Below, piece after piece: positions 1 to 14,900 of a DNA stretch of 64,000 bases. The position numbers were made by a program, and so were the translations under genes. The stretch's first letter is position 1. Each line of letters starts with the position of its first letter. Source of the DNA: a candidate division FCPU426 bacterium (GTDB lineage Bacteria; Oederibacteriota; Muellerivitia; Muellerivitales; Muellerivitaceae); contig CAVRAL010000001.1 of assembly GCA_963719085.1 (NCBI GenBank), positions 608,001-672,000 of the forward strand. Reading direction: 5' to 3'. The notes under the pieces were generated by a model. The model had not been told where the DNA came from and made no database searches. It worked only from the letters and a program-made list of their open reading frames with translations.

Positions 1-338
1 AAGTTAAAACAGCCTATTTTTTCATTTCTCATGATTTGAATGTGGTGGGTTACCTTAGCCAGAGGATTTTGGTCATGTATTTGGGCCGGATCATTGAATC
101 GGGTGAAACGGAAAGGGTTCTCAAAAATCCCAAGCATCCCTATACCCAAGCGCTTTTGCAAATCGGTCAAACCAAAGGGGAGAAATTAAAAGGGGAAGCG
201 CCAAGCCCGGTGCTCAGGCCTTCGGGATGCGCTTTTCATCTTCGCTGTCCTTACGCGGAAGAACGTTGCCGGCAAGAAGAACAGACATTAAAGGATTCGG
301 CGCCGGGATGGAAAGTAGCCTGTTGGAAGGCTCAATAA
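1..338 (+). CDS. Oligopeptide/dipeptide ABC transporter ATP-binding subunit (OppF/DppF-like), 5'-truncated by the window edge
   Basis: The frame is open from base 3 and reads VKTAYFFISHDLNVVGYLSQRILVMYLGRIIESG (H-loop ISHDL), followed by the oligo_HPY C-terminal motif PKHPYTQALL and GCAFHLRCP...C...VACW. Confidence 0.9.
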   Translation, partial: VKTAYFFISHDLNVVGYLSQRILVMYLGRIIESGETERVLKNPKHPYTQALLQIGQTKGEKLKGEAPSPVLRPSGCAFHLRCPYAEERCRQEEQTLKDSAPGWKVACWKAQ

Positions 339-522
339 CCCTTATAAAAGCCTGAAAGTTCAGCGGGGACGTTAAAACGGCCGATTTTTATAGTATAATT
401 TTCTAGATATAGGGCCTGCCCGTCCATTGAAAACCTAAATTTATTACTGAACTGACATTGTTATCGTAAGCGCCATAAGTCTTCCCATTCATTTTTGGGG
501 TAACCGCATTTGGAGGTGTTTT

Positions 523-2007
523 GTGAAAGTTATGATCGTTAATCCGCCCACCTGTACCGGAATGAAATATATCCGGGAAGGCCGTTGTGAGCAAAGGCTG
601 AGTTCTTTTCAATACGTGATGGTGCCCATCTCGCTTCCGATGATCGCGGGCGCCTTGGAGGCCAAAAAGCACGACGTGAAATTATTGGACTGTATTGCCA
701 ATGATGTTGACATCGAGGGGCTTAAGGCCGAAATCGGCAAATATGAACCCTCTCTGGTTATTTTTAATATGTCCACCGCCACTTCGGCCAGCGACATGAC
801 CGTCATTGATCAAATGCGTGAGGTGAGCAAGGCCCACTTTACGGTCATTGGAAACCATGCCACTTCTTTGCCCGAGGAAGTATTGCGGGGAAGCCAGTTG
901 GATTCGGTGATACGCCGGGAGCCCGAATTGACGGCTCAAGACTTGGTGGACGCGATTGAAAATAAAAGGGAGCTCCAGGAAGTTTTAGGCATTTCGTTCA
1001 AAAACGCCGCGGCCATCGTCAACAATTTGGACAGGCCTTTCAACGAAAATTTGGACGATTTACCCTTCGCGGCCAGGCATTTGCTCGATAATGCCAAATA
1101 TACTTTGCCGGTCATTAATGAGCCTTATACCCTAATTATAACCAGCCGGGGATGCCCCCATTCCTGTATTTATTGCACGGCTTATCAATATTACGGAAAA
1201 AAACTGCGGCTTCGCAGCGCCGTGAATGTGGTGGATGAGATGCAGGAATGTCTGGAAAAGCACAATCTGCGCAATTTTACCATGTGGTCCGATACCTTTA
1301 ACCAGAACAAAAAATTCGTTATGGATGTGTGCGGCGAAATCAAAAAACGTGGATTGGAAAAAAAGATCCGTTGGATGTCCAACAGCCGGGTCGATCATAT
1401 GGACGCCGAGGTTTTGAAGGAGATGCGTTCGGCGAATTGCATCGGTGTTTCTTACGGAGTTGAGTCGGGCGTTGAGGAAATTTTGAAGAACATGAAAAAG
1501 GGCGCCACTGCTGAACAAGCGCGGGTGGCCGTGCGTTTGACCAAGGAAGCGGGAATTGAAGTTCTGACCCATATCATTTTTGGATTGCCCGGCGAAACCT
1601 TGGAAACAATCAATGAGACGATTAAATACGTGAAAGAATTGGATCCGGATTACGCTCAGTTTTATTGCGCCATTCCTTTTCCCAAGACTGAATTGGAGGC
1701 AATGGGGAAAAAGAATGGGTGGATCACCACAGAGGATTACGCTAAGTATGAGCTCAACCAGCCCATCCTCAATATGCCGGGATTGTCGGTTGAGGATCTC
1801 CAAAAGGCTCGGACCAGGGCCTATAAAGAGTTCTATTTGCGCCCCAGCTATATCTTCAAAAGACTGCGTAAAATAAGGGGAATTAAGGATTTGGTGACCA
1901 ATTACCGCCAGGCCAAGGACTTTATTTCGAGCTGGATTTCGGATACTTCCACTGAAAAGACCCCTGTTTCTAAGGGGGCGGATATGGCGACGGCTCCTTC
2001 CCGCTAA
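523..2007 (+). CDS. B12-binding domain radical SAM protein (class B-like; HpnJ/BchE-like architecture)
   Basis: N-terminal B12-binding-like domain (PISLPMIAGAL, IGNHATSLPEE, IRREPE), SRGCPHSCIYC CxxxCxxC motif, YGVESG and IFGLPGET. GTG start with an upstream GGAGGTG SD. Confidence 0.88.
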   Translation: MKVMIVNPPTCTGMKYIREGRCEQRLSSFQYVMVPISLPMIAGALEAKKHDVKLLDCIANDVDIEGLKAEIGKYEPSLVIFNMSTATSASDMTVIDQMREVSKAHFTVIGNHATSLPEEVLRGSQLDSVIRREPELTAQDLVDAIENKRELQEVLGISFKNAAAIVNNLDRPFNENLDDLPFAARHLLDNAKYTLPVINEPYTLIITSRGCPHSCIYCTAYQYYGKKLRLRSAVNVVDEMQECLEKHNLRNFTMWSDTFNQNKKFVMDVCGEIKKRGLEKKIRWMSNSRVDHMDAEVLKEMRSANCIGVSYGVESGVEEILKNMKKGATAEQARVAVRLTKEAGIEVLTHIIFGLPGETLETINETIKYVKELDPDYAQFYCAIPFPKTELEAMGKKNGWITTEDYAKYELNQPILNMPGLSVEDLQKARTRAYKEFYLRPSYIFKRLRKIRGIKDLVTNYRQAKDFISSWISDTSTEKTPVSKGADMATAPSR

Positions 2008-2049
2008 GGGGAGGGTGGGGATAAAATTAGATTTATATTAAAATATCGC

Positions 2050-2078
2050 TTGACGAAAAATGACTGTTTGAGTATAAA
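2050..2078 (+). promoter_or_regulatory. Sigma70-type rRNA operon promoter
   Basis: TTGACG (2050-2055), 17 bp spacer, TATAAA (2073-2078). AT-rich UP-like tract upstream and C-rich discriminator downstream. Confidence 0.75.
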
Positions 2079-2270
2079 TACTCCCCCAGGCCAAGAGGCT
2101 TTGGCCACCCCTTCTCCTTGAGGCGGGGCGCAAAGTGGTTCTTTAAAAAGTTTAAAACCCATGACAATCGGAAGTTAAAAGTCTTCTACGATTGCGGTGC
2201 TCATCGCAGCGATGAGTTTTGTTGTCTCTTGTCATCGCTGAGATGCGCATCGAATGGATGTGCGTCTGTA

Positions 2271-2299
2271 ATTGGTCTTTGAAAACTAAATAGTGCATA
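2271..2299 (+). other. 5' strand of the 16S processing stem (boxA-like GGTCTTTGAAAA)
   Basis: ATTGGTCTTTGAAAACTAAATAGTGCATA is near-complementary to TATGCACTATTTAGTTTTAAAGGACCAAT at 3993-4021. A similar pair flanks the 23S (about 4438-4482 with 7567-7607). Confidence 0.75.
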
Positions 2300-2360
2300 C
2301 GAAATAAGTTTGGGTGCAAGTCAATAGTTGTTGAGTTTTGAGAGCCTTTAAAAGCTCTTT

Positions 2361-3920
<1,560 letters not shown>

Positions 3921-4097
3921 TGGAGAACATGGTAGAGGAACCCTTTTGAGGGTGCGCTCATACCGTAACTCCAAGTGGATACCCAAACGAGTTATGCACT
4001 ATTTAGTTTTAAAGGACCAATTCGGATTTGGTTCTTTCGTATGTCGAGTTTAAACTTTTGGGTATGGTTGTTTTCATGCCCTGCGCCGACCTGGAAT

Positions 4098-4174
<77 letters not shown>

Positions 4175-4208
4175 TTTTTGGAGTGGGCCGACTGGTGATG
4201 ATGGCGGA

Positions 4209-4284
4209 GGGGATGTAGCTCAGTTGGGAGAGCACCTGCTTTGCAAGCAGGGGGTCACCGGTTCGATCCCGGTCATCTCCACCA
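4209..4284 (+). tRNA. tRNA-Ala (TGC)
   Basis: GGGGATG/CATCTCC acceptor stem with the G3-U70 identity pair, anticodon loop TTTGCAA, GGTTCGATCCC, encoded CCA. Confidence 0.97.
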
Positions 4285-4515
4285 ATTTGAGGGCAACGGA
4301 TGCCCGGCAAAAGTTTAAGGTTGCTTGAAGATCTTGCCTGTTGCGGGGAATTCAAGGAGCTTTTCATCTTCGGATGAAGGCTTGTCGGCCAGACTGACCG
4401 AGCCGTTTCCTTTGGGGGGCGGACCAGTTCTTTGAAAAACGATAGAAATACTACTATGTAAGCTGAACCGAGTGCATTAGTGATTTGATTCTTTATGCGG
4501 TGGCAAAGATTCATG

Positions 4516-7543
<3,028 letters not shown>

Positions 7544-7651
7544 TATGTATCATTTCCGCCGCATCTTCACTAATGCCTCTAGTTCAAGAAGTGGTATTTC
7601 TATCGTTAACTAAAATGTCCAGTATTGGTTTTCAATATTGTGATTGATGTT

Positions 7652-7768
<117 letters not shown>

Positions 7769-7776
7769 TTTACCTG

Positions 7777-7813
7777 AACCCAGTTTCCTGAAAAGGGAAC
7801 TGGGTTTTTTTTT
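7777..7813 (+). terminator. Rho-independent terminator of the rrn operon
   Basis: AACCCAGTTTCC-loop-GGGAACTGGGTT hairpin followed by a T9 run. Confidence 0.9.
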
Positions 7814-7879
7814 GCCGAAATGGTGAAATTCAATGAATTATGGGCCGGTCGAGCGCAGAATAACGGTGGGGTGATCAGC

Positions 7880-8035
7880 GTGAAGGCGAAAAACAAGCTC
7901 AAAATAAAGATTTCGGCCAGCGCGGCCCAAATCCGAAAAGTCTGGAAGCTCAAGCCGGTGGCTCGAGTGAAACCTTCAGATAAGGTCAAGCTTCGCGATC
8001 GGATCCGGGCCAAAGAGCTGCGGGACGAGCGCTAG
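7880..8035 (+). CDS. Small, highly basic hypothetical protein (~51 aa)
   Basis: In-frame GTG at 7880 after GGGGTG; sequence MKAKNKLKIKISASAAQIRKVWKLKPVARVKPSDKVKLRDRIRAKELRDER. Fills the gap between the rrn terminator and the korA promoter. Confidence 0.55.
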   Translation: MKAKNKLKIKISASAAQIRKVWKLKPVARVKPSDKVKLRDRIRAKELRDER

Positions 8036-8065
8036 AACGTCCGCCACGGTACTTATTCAATGGAA

Positions 8066-8094
8066 TTGTTTTTTAAAGTAGAAACTCGTATATT
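8066..8094 (+). promoter_or_regulatory. Putative sigma70 promoter for the oxidoreductase genes
   Basis: TTGTTT, 17 bp spacer, TATATT, lying ~55 bp upstream of the ATG, which has a GGGAG SD. Confidence 0.45.
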
Positions 8095-8150
8095 TACAAC
8101 GAAGAATAACGTTTTCATCAGAGAATTTTTAAGGGCGGGAGCGGTCTAAA

Positions 8151-10019
8151 ATGAGAGTGGTTAATAATTTTTCCTGGATGATCGGGGGCCCCCAAGGCAC
8201 CGGAGTGGATTCCTCGGCGAATCTTTTCGCGCAGGCTTGCGCGACGGCGGGTGTTTGGGTTTTTGGGAAGCGGGAATATCATTCCAACATCAAGGGCAAG
8301 CATAGCTATTTTCAAGTGAGGGTTTCGGACGAACCGATCCATAGCCATGTGGACGATGTTCACATTTTGGCGACCTTCGAGGATTCCACGGCCCGGCTTC
8401 ACGCTCATGAGGTCGTGAAGAGCGGGGCGATTATTTATGACCCCACGAAAATTATGCTGGATGACCTGAATTTGAAATCCGGCGTCATTACGCTTCCCAT
8501 CGATTTCAATATGGTGCTTCGCCATGTGGCTGAAGTCACGGGCGAGGAATATGGAAAACTGGCCATCATGAAGAACGTGATCGCGGTGGCGGCTTCCATG
8601 GCTTTGCTGCGGCTTGATATTTCCCATATGGAAGAAACACTTTCCCGTTTGTTCACGGGTAAAAAAGCGAAACTGGTGCCCACCAACATGGCCGCGGTTA
8701 AAAAAGCTTATGAGGCCGTGGACGCTTTGCCGGACGAGATGCACGATCAATTTCCTTATCATCTGGAACCTCACAAAAACATGCCCAAACGTTTTCTTAT
8801 CAACGGCGCCCAAGCCGCCGCTTTGGGGAAATTGAAGGCGGGCTGCCGGTACCAAACCTATTACCCGATCAGCCCGGCTACGGACGAGAGCAATTATTTG
8901 GAAAGCCATCCCGAATATGGAATCGCGGTGGTGCAATGCGAGGATGAGATCGCGGCCATCGATATGGCTTTGGGCGCAGCCACTACAGGCGTGCGGGCCT
9001 CCACGGCCACCTCGGGCCCGGGATTTTGCCTGATGACCGAAGGAATGGGATGGGGCGGAATGAACGAAGTGCCGATCGTTGTTTTTAACTATCAACGCGG
9101 CGGGCCTTCCACGGGACTTCCGACCCGGCATGAACAAGGCGATCTTCTTTTTTCCGTTTTCGGCGGCCACGGAGAATATCCCCGCTTGGTGATGGCGCCG
9201 GCGACCATTGACGATCATTTTCACTTAGCTTTTGAGTCTTTTAATTACGCGGATAAATTTCAAACTCCGGTCGTTATTTTGAACGATAAGTTTTTGACCC
9301 ACAGCATTCAAACGATCACGCCATTTAAAGAAAGCGACCTGGTCATTGATCGGGGACGCTTGGCCACTACGCAGGAGCTGGAATCGGCAATCGCGGATGG
9401 AAAAGGTTTCCCGCGCTTTAGACCGGATCCCAAGGTCGGTGTTTCTCCTCGTCCTTATCCGGGCCAGGAGGGGAGCCCCTACTGGATGACCGGCGATGAG
9501 CACGATGATTACGGCCATATCACCGAAAATCCGGAAACCCGTAAAAAGATGCACGAAAAGCGGATGAATAAATACAAGCTGATGCTGGAACAGATCCCCG
9601 AAGACCGGCAGTATTTTATGCAGGGGGATCCGAACGCCGACGTCACCTTGGTTTGCTGGGGAACGACCTCGGGGGTTTTGCTCGACACGCTTTCGCCGCT
9701 GAAAGAAAAGGGAATTAAGGCCAATGTGTTGACCTACCGGATGTTGCATCCTTTCCCGATGGCAACTGAGAAATTGCTGAAGAAGGCGAAAAAGCTGATC
9801 TTGGTTGAAAGCAACCTGGGCGCGCAGCTGGGCGCCTTGATCCGCATGAGAACCGGTATTTTTATTTCGTCCCAGATTGTGAAGTACACGGGACGGCCAA
9901 TGTCGCTCAACGAAATCGTGGACGCGGTGGAGAAAATTCAAAAAAAAGAAGTGGCATCGGAGATCGATGGCATGATGGGAATGTCCGTGGAAAAGGTGGT
10001 GCTTACTTATGGTCTCTAA
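8151..10019 (+). CDS. korA: 2-oxoacid:ferredoxin oxidoreductase alpha subunit (fused gamma-alpha)
   Basis: IGGPQGTG N-terminus, YYPISPA (YPITP-like), [26 protein letters not shown] and GDEHD motifs. Confidence 0.92.
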   Translation: MRVVNNFSWMIGGPQGTGVDSSANLFAQACATAGVWVFGKREYHSNIKGKHSYFQVRVSDEPIHSHVDDVHILATFEDSTARLHAHEVVKSGAIIYDPTKIMLDDLNLKSGVITLPIDFNMVLRHVAEVTGEEYGKLAIMKNVIAVAASMALLRLDISHMEETLSRLFTGKKAKLVPTNMAAVKKAYEAVDALPDEMHDQFPYHLEPHKNMPKRFLINGAQAAALGKLKAGCRYQTYYPISPATDESNYLESHPEYGIAVVQCEDEIAAIDMALGAATTGVRASTATSGPGFCLMTEGMGWGGMNEVPIVVFNYQRGGPSTGLPTRHEQGDLLFSVFGGHGEYPRLVMAPATIDDHFHLAFESFNYADKFQTPVVILNDKFLTHSIQTITPFKESDLVIDRGRLATTQELESAIADGKGFPRFRPDPKVGVSPRPYPGQEGSPYWMTGDEHDDYGHITENPETRKKMHEKRMNKYKLMLEQIPEDRQYFMQGDPNADVTLVCWGTTSGVLLDTLSPLKEKGIKANVLTYRMLHPFPMATEKLLKKAKKLILVESNLGAQLGALIRMRTGIFISSQIVKYTGRPMSLNEIVDAVEKIQKKEVASEIDGMMGMSVEKVVLTYGL

Positions 10020-10992
10020 ACTACAAACGCCGTTAACTGTCGCGGCTTATAAAAGCGATGTCCATAACGATTGGTGTCCGGGTTGCGGCGATTTCGGTGT
10101 TCTTCAGGCGGTTCAACAGGCCTGCGCTGAGCTAACTTTGCCGCCATGGGAAACCATGGTGTTTTCGGGGATCGGTTGTTCGGGCAAGGTCTTCAACTAT
10201 ATGGCCACCCATGGGGTGCATACCCTGCATGGCCGGGTATTGCCTTTCGCCACGGGCGCCAAACTCGCCAATCCCGACCTGGAAGTGGTGGCGGTGGGCG
10301 GGGATGGGGATGGCTATGGTATCGGCGCCGGGCATTTCGTGCACGCGGGCCGTCGTAACGTGGATATGGCTTATATCGTCATGACCAATGAAGTTTATGG
10401 ATTGACCAAGGGACAGGCCTCTCCCACGCTGGGCCGGGGCCAACAGACCAAATCCTTGCCGCTTCCAAACACCAACGACGCGATTCAGCCCTTGGCTCTC
10501 GCTTTAAGCGCCGGATATACCTGGATCGGACGCAGCTACGCTTTCGACGGCAAGCACTTAAAAGAGATGATCAAGCGCGCGATCGAGCACAAGGGTATGG
10601 CGCTCTTGGATGTGCTCCAACCATGCCCCACTTTCAACGATATCCATACCACCGAATGGTTCAACAAAAAGGTCAAGGTGGAAGGCGAGATCAACGTGTT
10701 GCCCCGGGTTTTCAACATCAACGAGGCGGGACACGATGGCGCGGTGAAAGATCCGACGAACATTGACGAAGTGAATGAGAAAAAAAAGAAGGCCTTCGAG
10801 TGGACCCAGTTCAAAGGGGATCGGATTCCGGTCGGCGTTTTTTATGAAATCAAGCTTCCGACCTATGTGGAGCGCATGCAAGCGCAAGCGCCCATGCTTA
10901 AAAAATATGTCCCGGCGAAGGCGCCCTATCAGGACGCCAGTCATTTGCCGACGACCGATTTGACCCAAGCTTACGAAGAATTTTTGTTCTAA
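10009..10992 (+). CDS. korB: 2-oxoacid:ferredoxin oxidoreductase beta subunit (TPP-binding)
   Basis: [31 protein letters not shown] motif, [11 protein letters not shown] and QPCPTFN. Overlaps the korA stop. Confidence 0.93.
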   Translation: MVSKLQTPLTVAAYKSDVHNDWCPGCGDFGVLQAVQQACAELTLPPWETMVFSGIGCSGKVFNYMATHGVHTLHGRVLPFATGAKLANPDLEVVAVGGDGDGYGIGAGHFVHAGRRNVDMAYIVMTNEVYGLTKGQASPTLGRGQQTKSLPLPNTNDAIQPLALALSAGYTWIGRSYAFDGKHLKEMIKRAIEHKGMALLDVLQPCPTFNDIHTTEWFNKKVKVEGEINVLPRVFNINEAGHDGAVKDPTNIDEVNEKKKKAFEWTQFKGDRIPVGVFYEIKLPTYVERMQAQAPMLKKYVPAKAPYQDASHLPTTDLTQAYEEFLF

Positions 10993-11004
10993 CGAAATTT
11001 TGAG

Positions 11005-11046
11005 AGCCCGAATCCTCCCGCAGGGAGGGATTCGGGCTTTTTTTTT
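11005..11046 (+). terminator. Rho-independent terminator
   Basis: AGCCCGAATCCTCCC-loop-GGGAGGGATTCGGGCT followed by a long T run. Confidence 0.9.
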
Positions 11047-11063
11047 ACCATCGTGAGGATCCT

Positions 11064-11846
11064 TTGACGCGATTAATCGCCGTTGTGCCCGTTTTCAATG
11101 AGCAGAAGACATTGGAAAACGTTTTGCCGAGGATTCATCGACAAGTCGATCTTTTGGTTTGCGTGAATGACGGGTCAGATGATTCTTCCCTGAAAATGCT
11201 TCGGGAGTTCAGCCGAAAATACAAAAAAACCTTTATCGTCGATTTACCCGCGAATGTCGGAATGGCGGGCGCTTTAAAAAAAGGCTTTTTGTTCGTGCTT
11301 TACCTGCGGCGCCGAAAACTGGTCAATGACAACGATGTGGTTGTCACGATTGACGCCGATGGGCAGCATAAACCTGAATACATTCGTCGTTTGGCCCTTT
11401 ATATGAAACGCCAAAAGGTCGACGTGGTTTTGACCCGCCGAAATTTTTCGGTTTATCCCCGCTACAAAATCCTGGGCAACCAGTTTTTGACCTGGACGAA
11501 TTCCCGGCTGGCCGGGTTTCAGTACCAGGATGTGGAGTCGGGTCTAAGGCTTTTGCGGGTCCGGGTTTTGGAAAAGATATTGGCTTATTACACGGGCGTG
11601 AAATATTCCTGCGCTCAGGAGATCGCCCTCATCTGCGCGCGGACGGGATGCCGGATCGATAACGATTATCGGGTGGATATCGCTTATTACCGGGCGGGGA
11701 CCACGGTCTGGGACGGTTTTATTGTTTTGGCCTTGAGCTTTTATACTTATATTCGTTTGCTTTTTCAGATGAAAGAAGGCCGAAATGAGGATTTGGCTTT
11801 AATGAAAACTTCTTTTGAACGCTCCAAGAAAAACTGGCGGAAATAA
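11064..11846 (+). CDS. GT2 glycosyltransferase, polyprenol-phosphate-sugar synthase-like (DPM/DPG-synthase family)
   Basis: VVPVFNE, VNDGSDD, NVGMAGAL, TIDADGQH and DVESGLR motifs; C-terminal amphipathic segment. Confidence 0.85.
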   Translation: MTRLIAVVPVFNEQKTLENVLPRIHRQVDLLVCVNDGSDDSSLKMLREFSRKYKKTFIVDLPANVGMAGALKKGFLFVLYLRRRKLVNDNDVVVTIDADGQHKPEYIRRLALYMKRQKVDVVLTRRNFSVYPRYKILGNQFLTWTNSRLAGFQYQDVESGLRLLRVRVLEKILAYYTGVKYSCAQEIALICARTGCRIDNDYRVDIAYYRAGTTVWDGFIVLALSFYTYIRLLFQMKEGRNEDLALMKTSFERSKKNWRK

Positions 11847-11976
11847 AAGTCCGTTTTCAATAGGCCGGCGGGTCAAGGAGCCCTAAAAGTTTGAATTTTT
11901 TTGGAGAAAGATGGGATATACTATTTAACGCTTTTTTATTATTGATCCACTTTATTCTTCCCAAGGAATCGTTTTC

Positions 11977-14900
11977 GTGAAAACAAAGAGAAACCCGTTG
12001 GGGGCGGAAGGTTTTTGGCGCAAACCCGTTTTGGGCTTAATGTTGTCTCTTTTAGTGGGCGGCCTTTTTCGTTTCTATAACCCGAATTGGGACTATGAGC
12101 ATTCTTTTCATCCCGATGAACGCAATATTCTGGGGCAAACGGCCGGCATTCAAGCTTCCAATGGTTTTAGAGTCCAGTTTTTCGCCTACGGCCAGCTTCC
12201 CGTGTTTCTGTACCGGGCGACGGGTGAATTGTTATCGACGCCGCAAGTTTTAGCGCAGGCCTTCGGGGCTCATCAAGGTTTTGCCCAGAGTTTCTATTGG
12301 CTTATTATTTTGGGGTTTTCAAGCCTTGGGTTTTGGTTTTTTAAAAAGGAAAAATATAAGATAGCCGCTTTTGGTTTGTCGGTTCTCTTATTTTCCCTGG
12401 CTTTGTTGTTGAAGTTTTTTCCTGTTTTCGCTATTTGGTTTAACGCCTTACAGGATTGGCCGGCAAGATTGTCCTGTTTTGGCTGGGTCACGGTCACAGC
12501 CTTTGTGGTTTCCGCGTTACTTTCGAAAATACTCGAGGCGGATTGGCTCGGAATCCCTTTTTACGCGGCCAGCGGATCAATCTTTTTATTTGGAGTCCTT
12601 CCTCTCTTTTTGCCCGACGCTTGGGGGCACACTTTTGGCGCGACCGCTTTTACCCTTCTCATTTTGGTTTTGGGCGCTTGGCTGGCCTGGGTCACCCGGT
12701 GGGGCAGGGTTCTTTTGGCCTTTTTGGCCTTGTGGACGGTTTTCGCTTCGCTTCAGCACGGCGGCATCCAGTACGTGGATTACGGCAGTTTGATGATTAT
12801 TGGCCGTGTCTGGGCCGCTTTCTTTTCAACCGCAACGATCGCCGCGCTTTATGTCTTGGTCAACCGGCTTTACGGTAAGCCCTGGTTGGCGCTTCTGTCC
12901 GCCGCTTGTTTCGCCTTTTCAGTGGTTAGTATCCAAGTCGCCCATTACTGCATCACGGAATCTCTCATCACGCTGATGCTGGTGGTCGTCGCCACACTTG
13001 CCTGCGACATCCGCGAGAATGGTAGTTGGAAAAGTTATTTACTCACGGGATCCGCTTTTGGCATTTCGATGGCGGCGAAAACCAGCTCCCTTTATTACCT
13101 CTTAATTCTCCTACTGGGGCACATTCTTTTTCTCGCCGCGAAAAGCAAAAAAGATTGGTTGAGGGAAGACCGCAAAAACTCCGATAACAAAGACATTTTC
13201 ACGATTCTGGCGGCGGCGGTTCCGGTGGCCACGTTGGCGGCTTTTGTGGTCGTAGGATACAAGCTCAAGGGCGTCGCCCAAGATCTTTTCTACAACGGCG
13301 ACGGCTCGGTCATCCCCCCGGTTTGGCTGGCTTTTTTTGTTCTGGCTGTCGGGGTGGGTTTGGTTTTGTGTTTTTGGGGTTTTGTTGAATTCAAGGTCGT
13401 GCGCGGACAGGCCCAATACTGGATCAAGCTGGTGGCGGCCGGTGCCTTATCTTTTTTGATGTTTTGTTTGCTATCGCCTTGGTCGCTTCTTGATTTTTCC
13501 GGATTTCAAAATTCGATGAATTATGAATGGCATGTGGTTTCCATCGCGGACGCTTGCTACGTTTTGCAGTTTAAAGATACTTTCCGTTACTTGTTTCATC
13601 TTCAGAACCTAATGTCGGTTGAATTGTGGTGGCCTTTAGGCGTAACGGTGATTTTGGGATCGATTTGGGTGATTGGGCGTTTCGTGCTTTCTTTGTTTCG
13701 GGTGTCCGAGTCTTACGTTTTGCCGGTTCCGTTTTTAGTCCAAAAGGGGATTTCGCCTTTTGTCCCCGATTTGATGCTTTTGATTTGGTTTATTCCTTAT
13801 TTCGGTTTCATCGGGGCGTGGAACACAAAGTTCATTCGATATATGGTTCCCTTGATACCGTTTTTCTGCATTTTTGGCGCCCGCTTATTGACGGAGCTCT
13901 TTGACTGGTTGAAAAAGACTCCGGCCTTGGCCAAAGGTTTTAAAATCGCCCTGCTCTCAATCGTATTAGGCGGAAGCCTATTTTATTCCACGGCCTATAT
14001 GCATGTGTATCGATTCCCGCATCCCTGGCTTGACGCTTCCGTATGGATTTATAAGAACGTCCCGCCGGGCTCGCTGATCTTCAATGAGGCTTGGGGTGAC
14101 GGACTTCCCGTGGATATGACGCCGCAGCAAGACGCCCGGCTCGATCATTTTATGAGCCCGAGCCTTTATCGCTCCCAAGACATCACGCCCTATGAAATGT
14201 TCGGTTATCCCACGGACGACAGTCCGGTGAAGCGAAATTACTACGCCAACACGCTTCAGCAAGGCGATTACATCAGCATTTCGTCCAAAAAGCTTTGGTA
14301 TACGCTGACCAATTGCACGCCCGAATTTAAGCGGACTGGTTTTAATGCTTATCCTATTACGTCCCGCTATTACCGGCTCCTGTGGTCCGGTTTATTGGGC
14401 TACAAAATGGTGGGTGAATTCCATAACTTTCCCTCGCTTTTTGGGTGGGAGCATCCGGACGATATGGCGGAGGAATCTTTCTCGGTTTACGACCATCCCC
14501 GGGTTTATATTTTCAAAAAGTTTGAAACGGTTCCGCCGGATCAAATTTTGAAGTTGTTGGACTCGGATGATTACGTGAAGGGAATCGACCGGGATGTAAT
14601 GCGAACCATCACGCCTGAAAATGTGGACGCCTTTATTGCGGGTCGGCAGAAATATTTATCCGACAACGGTTTATTACAACGGCTGGCCGCGGCGCCCGCT
14701 TCGACGGGTTCTTTGGCGCCGACACCCGTGGCAAAAGATTCCACCCCTCTGCAGAGGATTCTGACGGCAACCGCCCAACCGCCCAAGCCCGCCGTGCAGA
14801 AGCGGCTGGAATCATTGACGCCGATCCCAACGCCCGAACCGACGATCGTGGTTCCTTTGGGAGCGCCGGGACTTCCGCCCGCGGGTACGCTTCAGGTTTT

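Noticed and set aside
339..522. Possible cobalamin or other riboswitch upstream of the B12-radical SAM gene
   Set aside because: No B12-box or other aptamer consensus recognised; only a TATAAT at 394-399.
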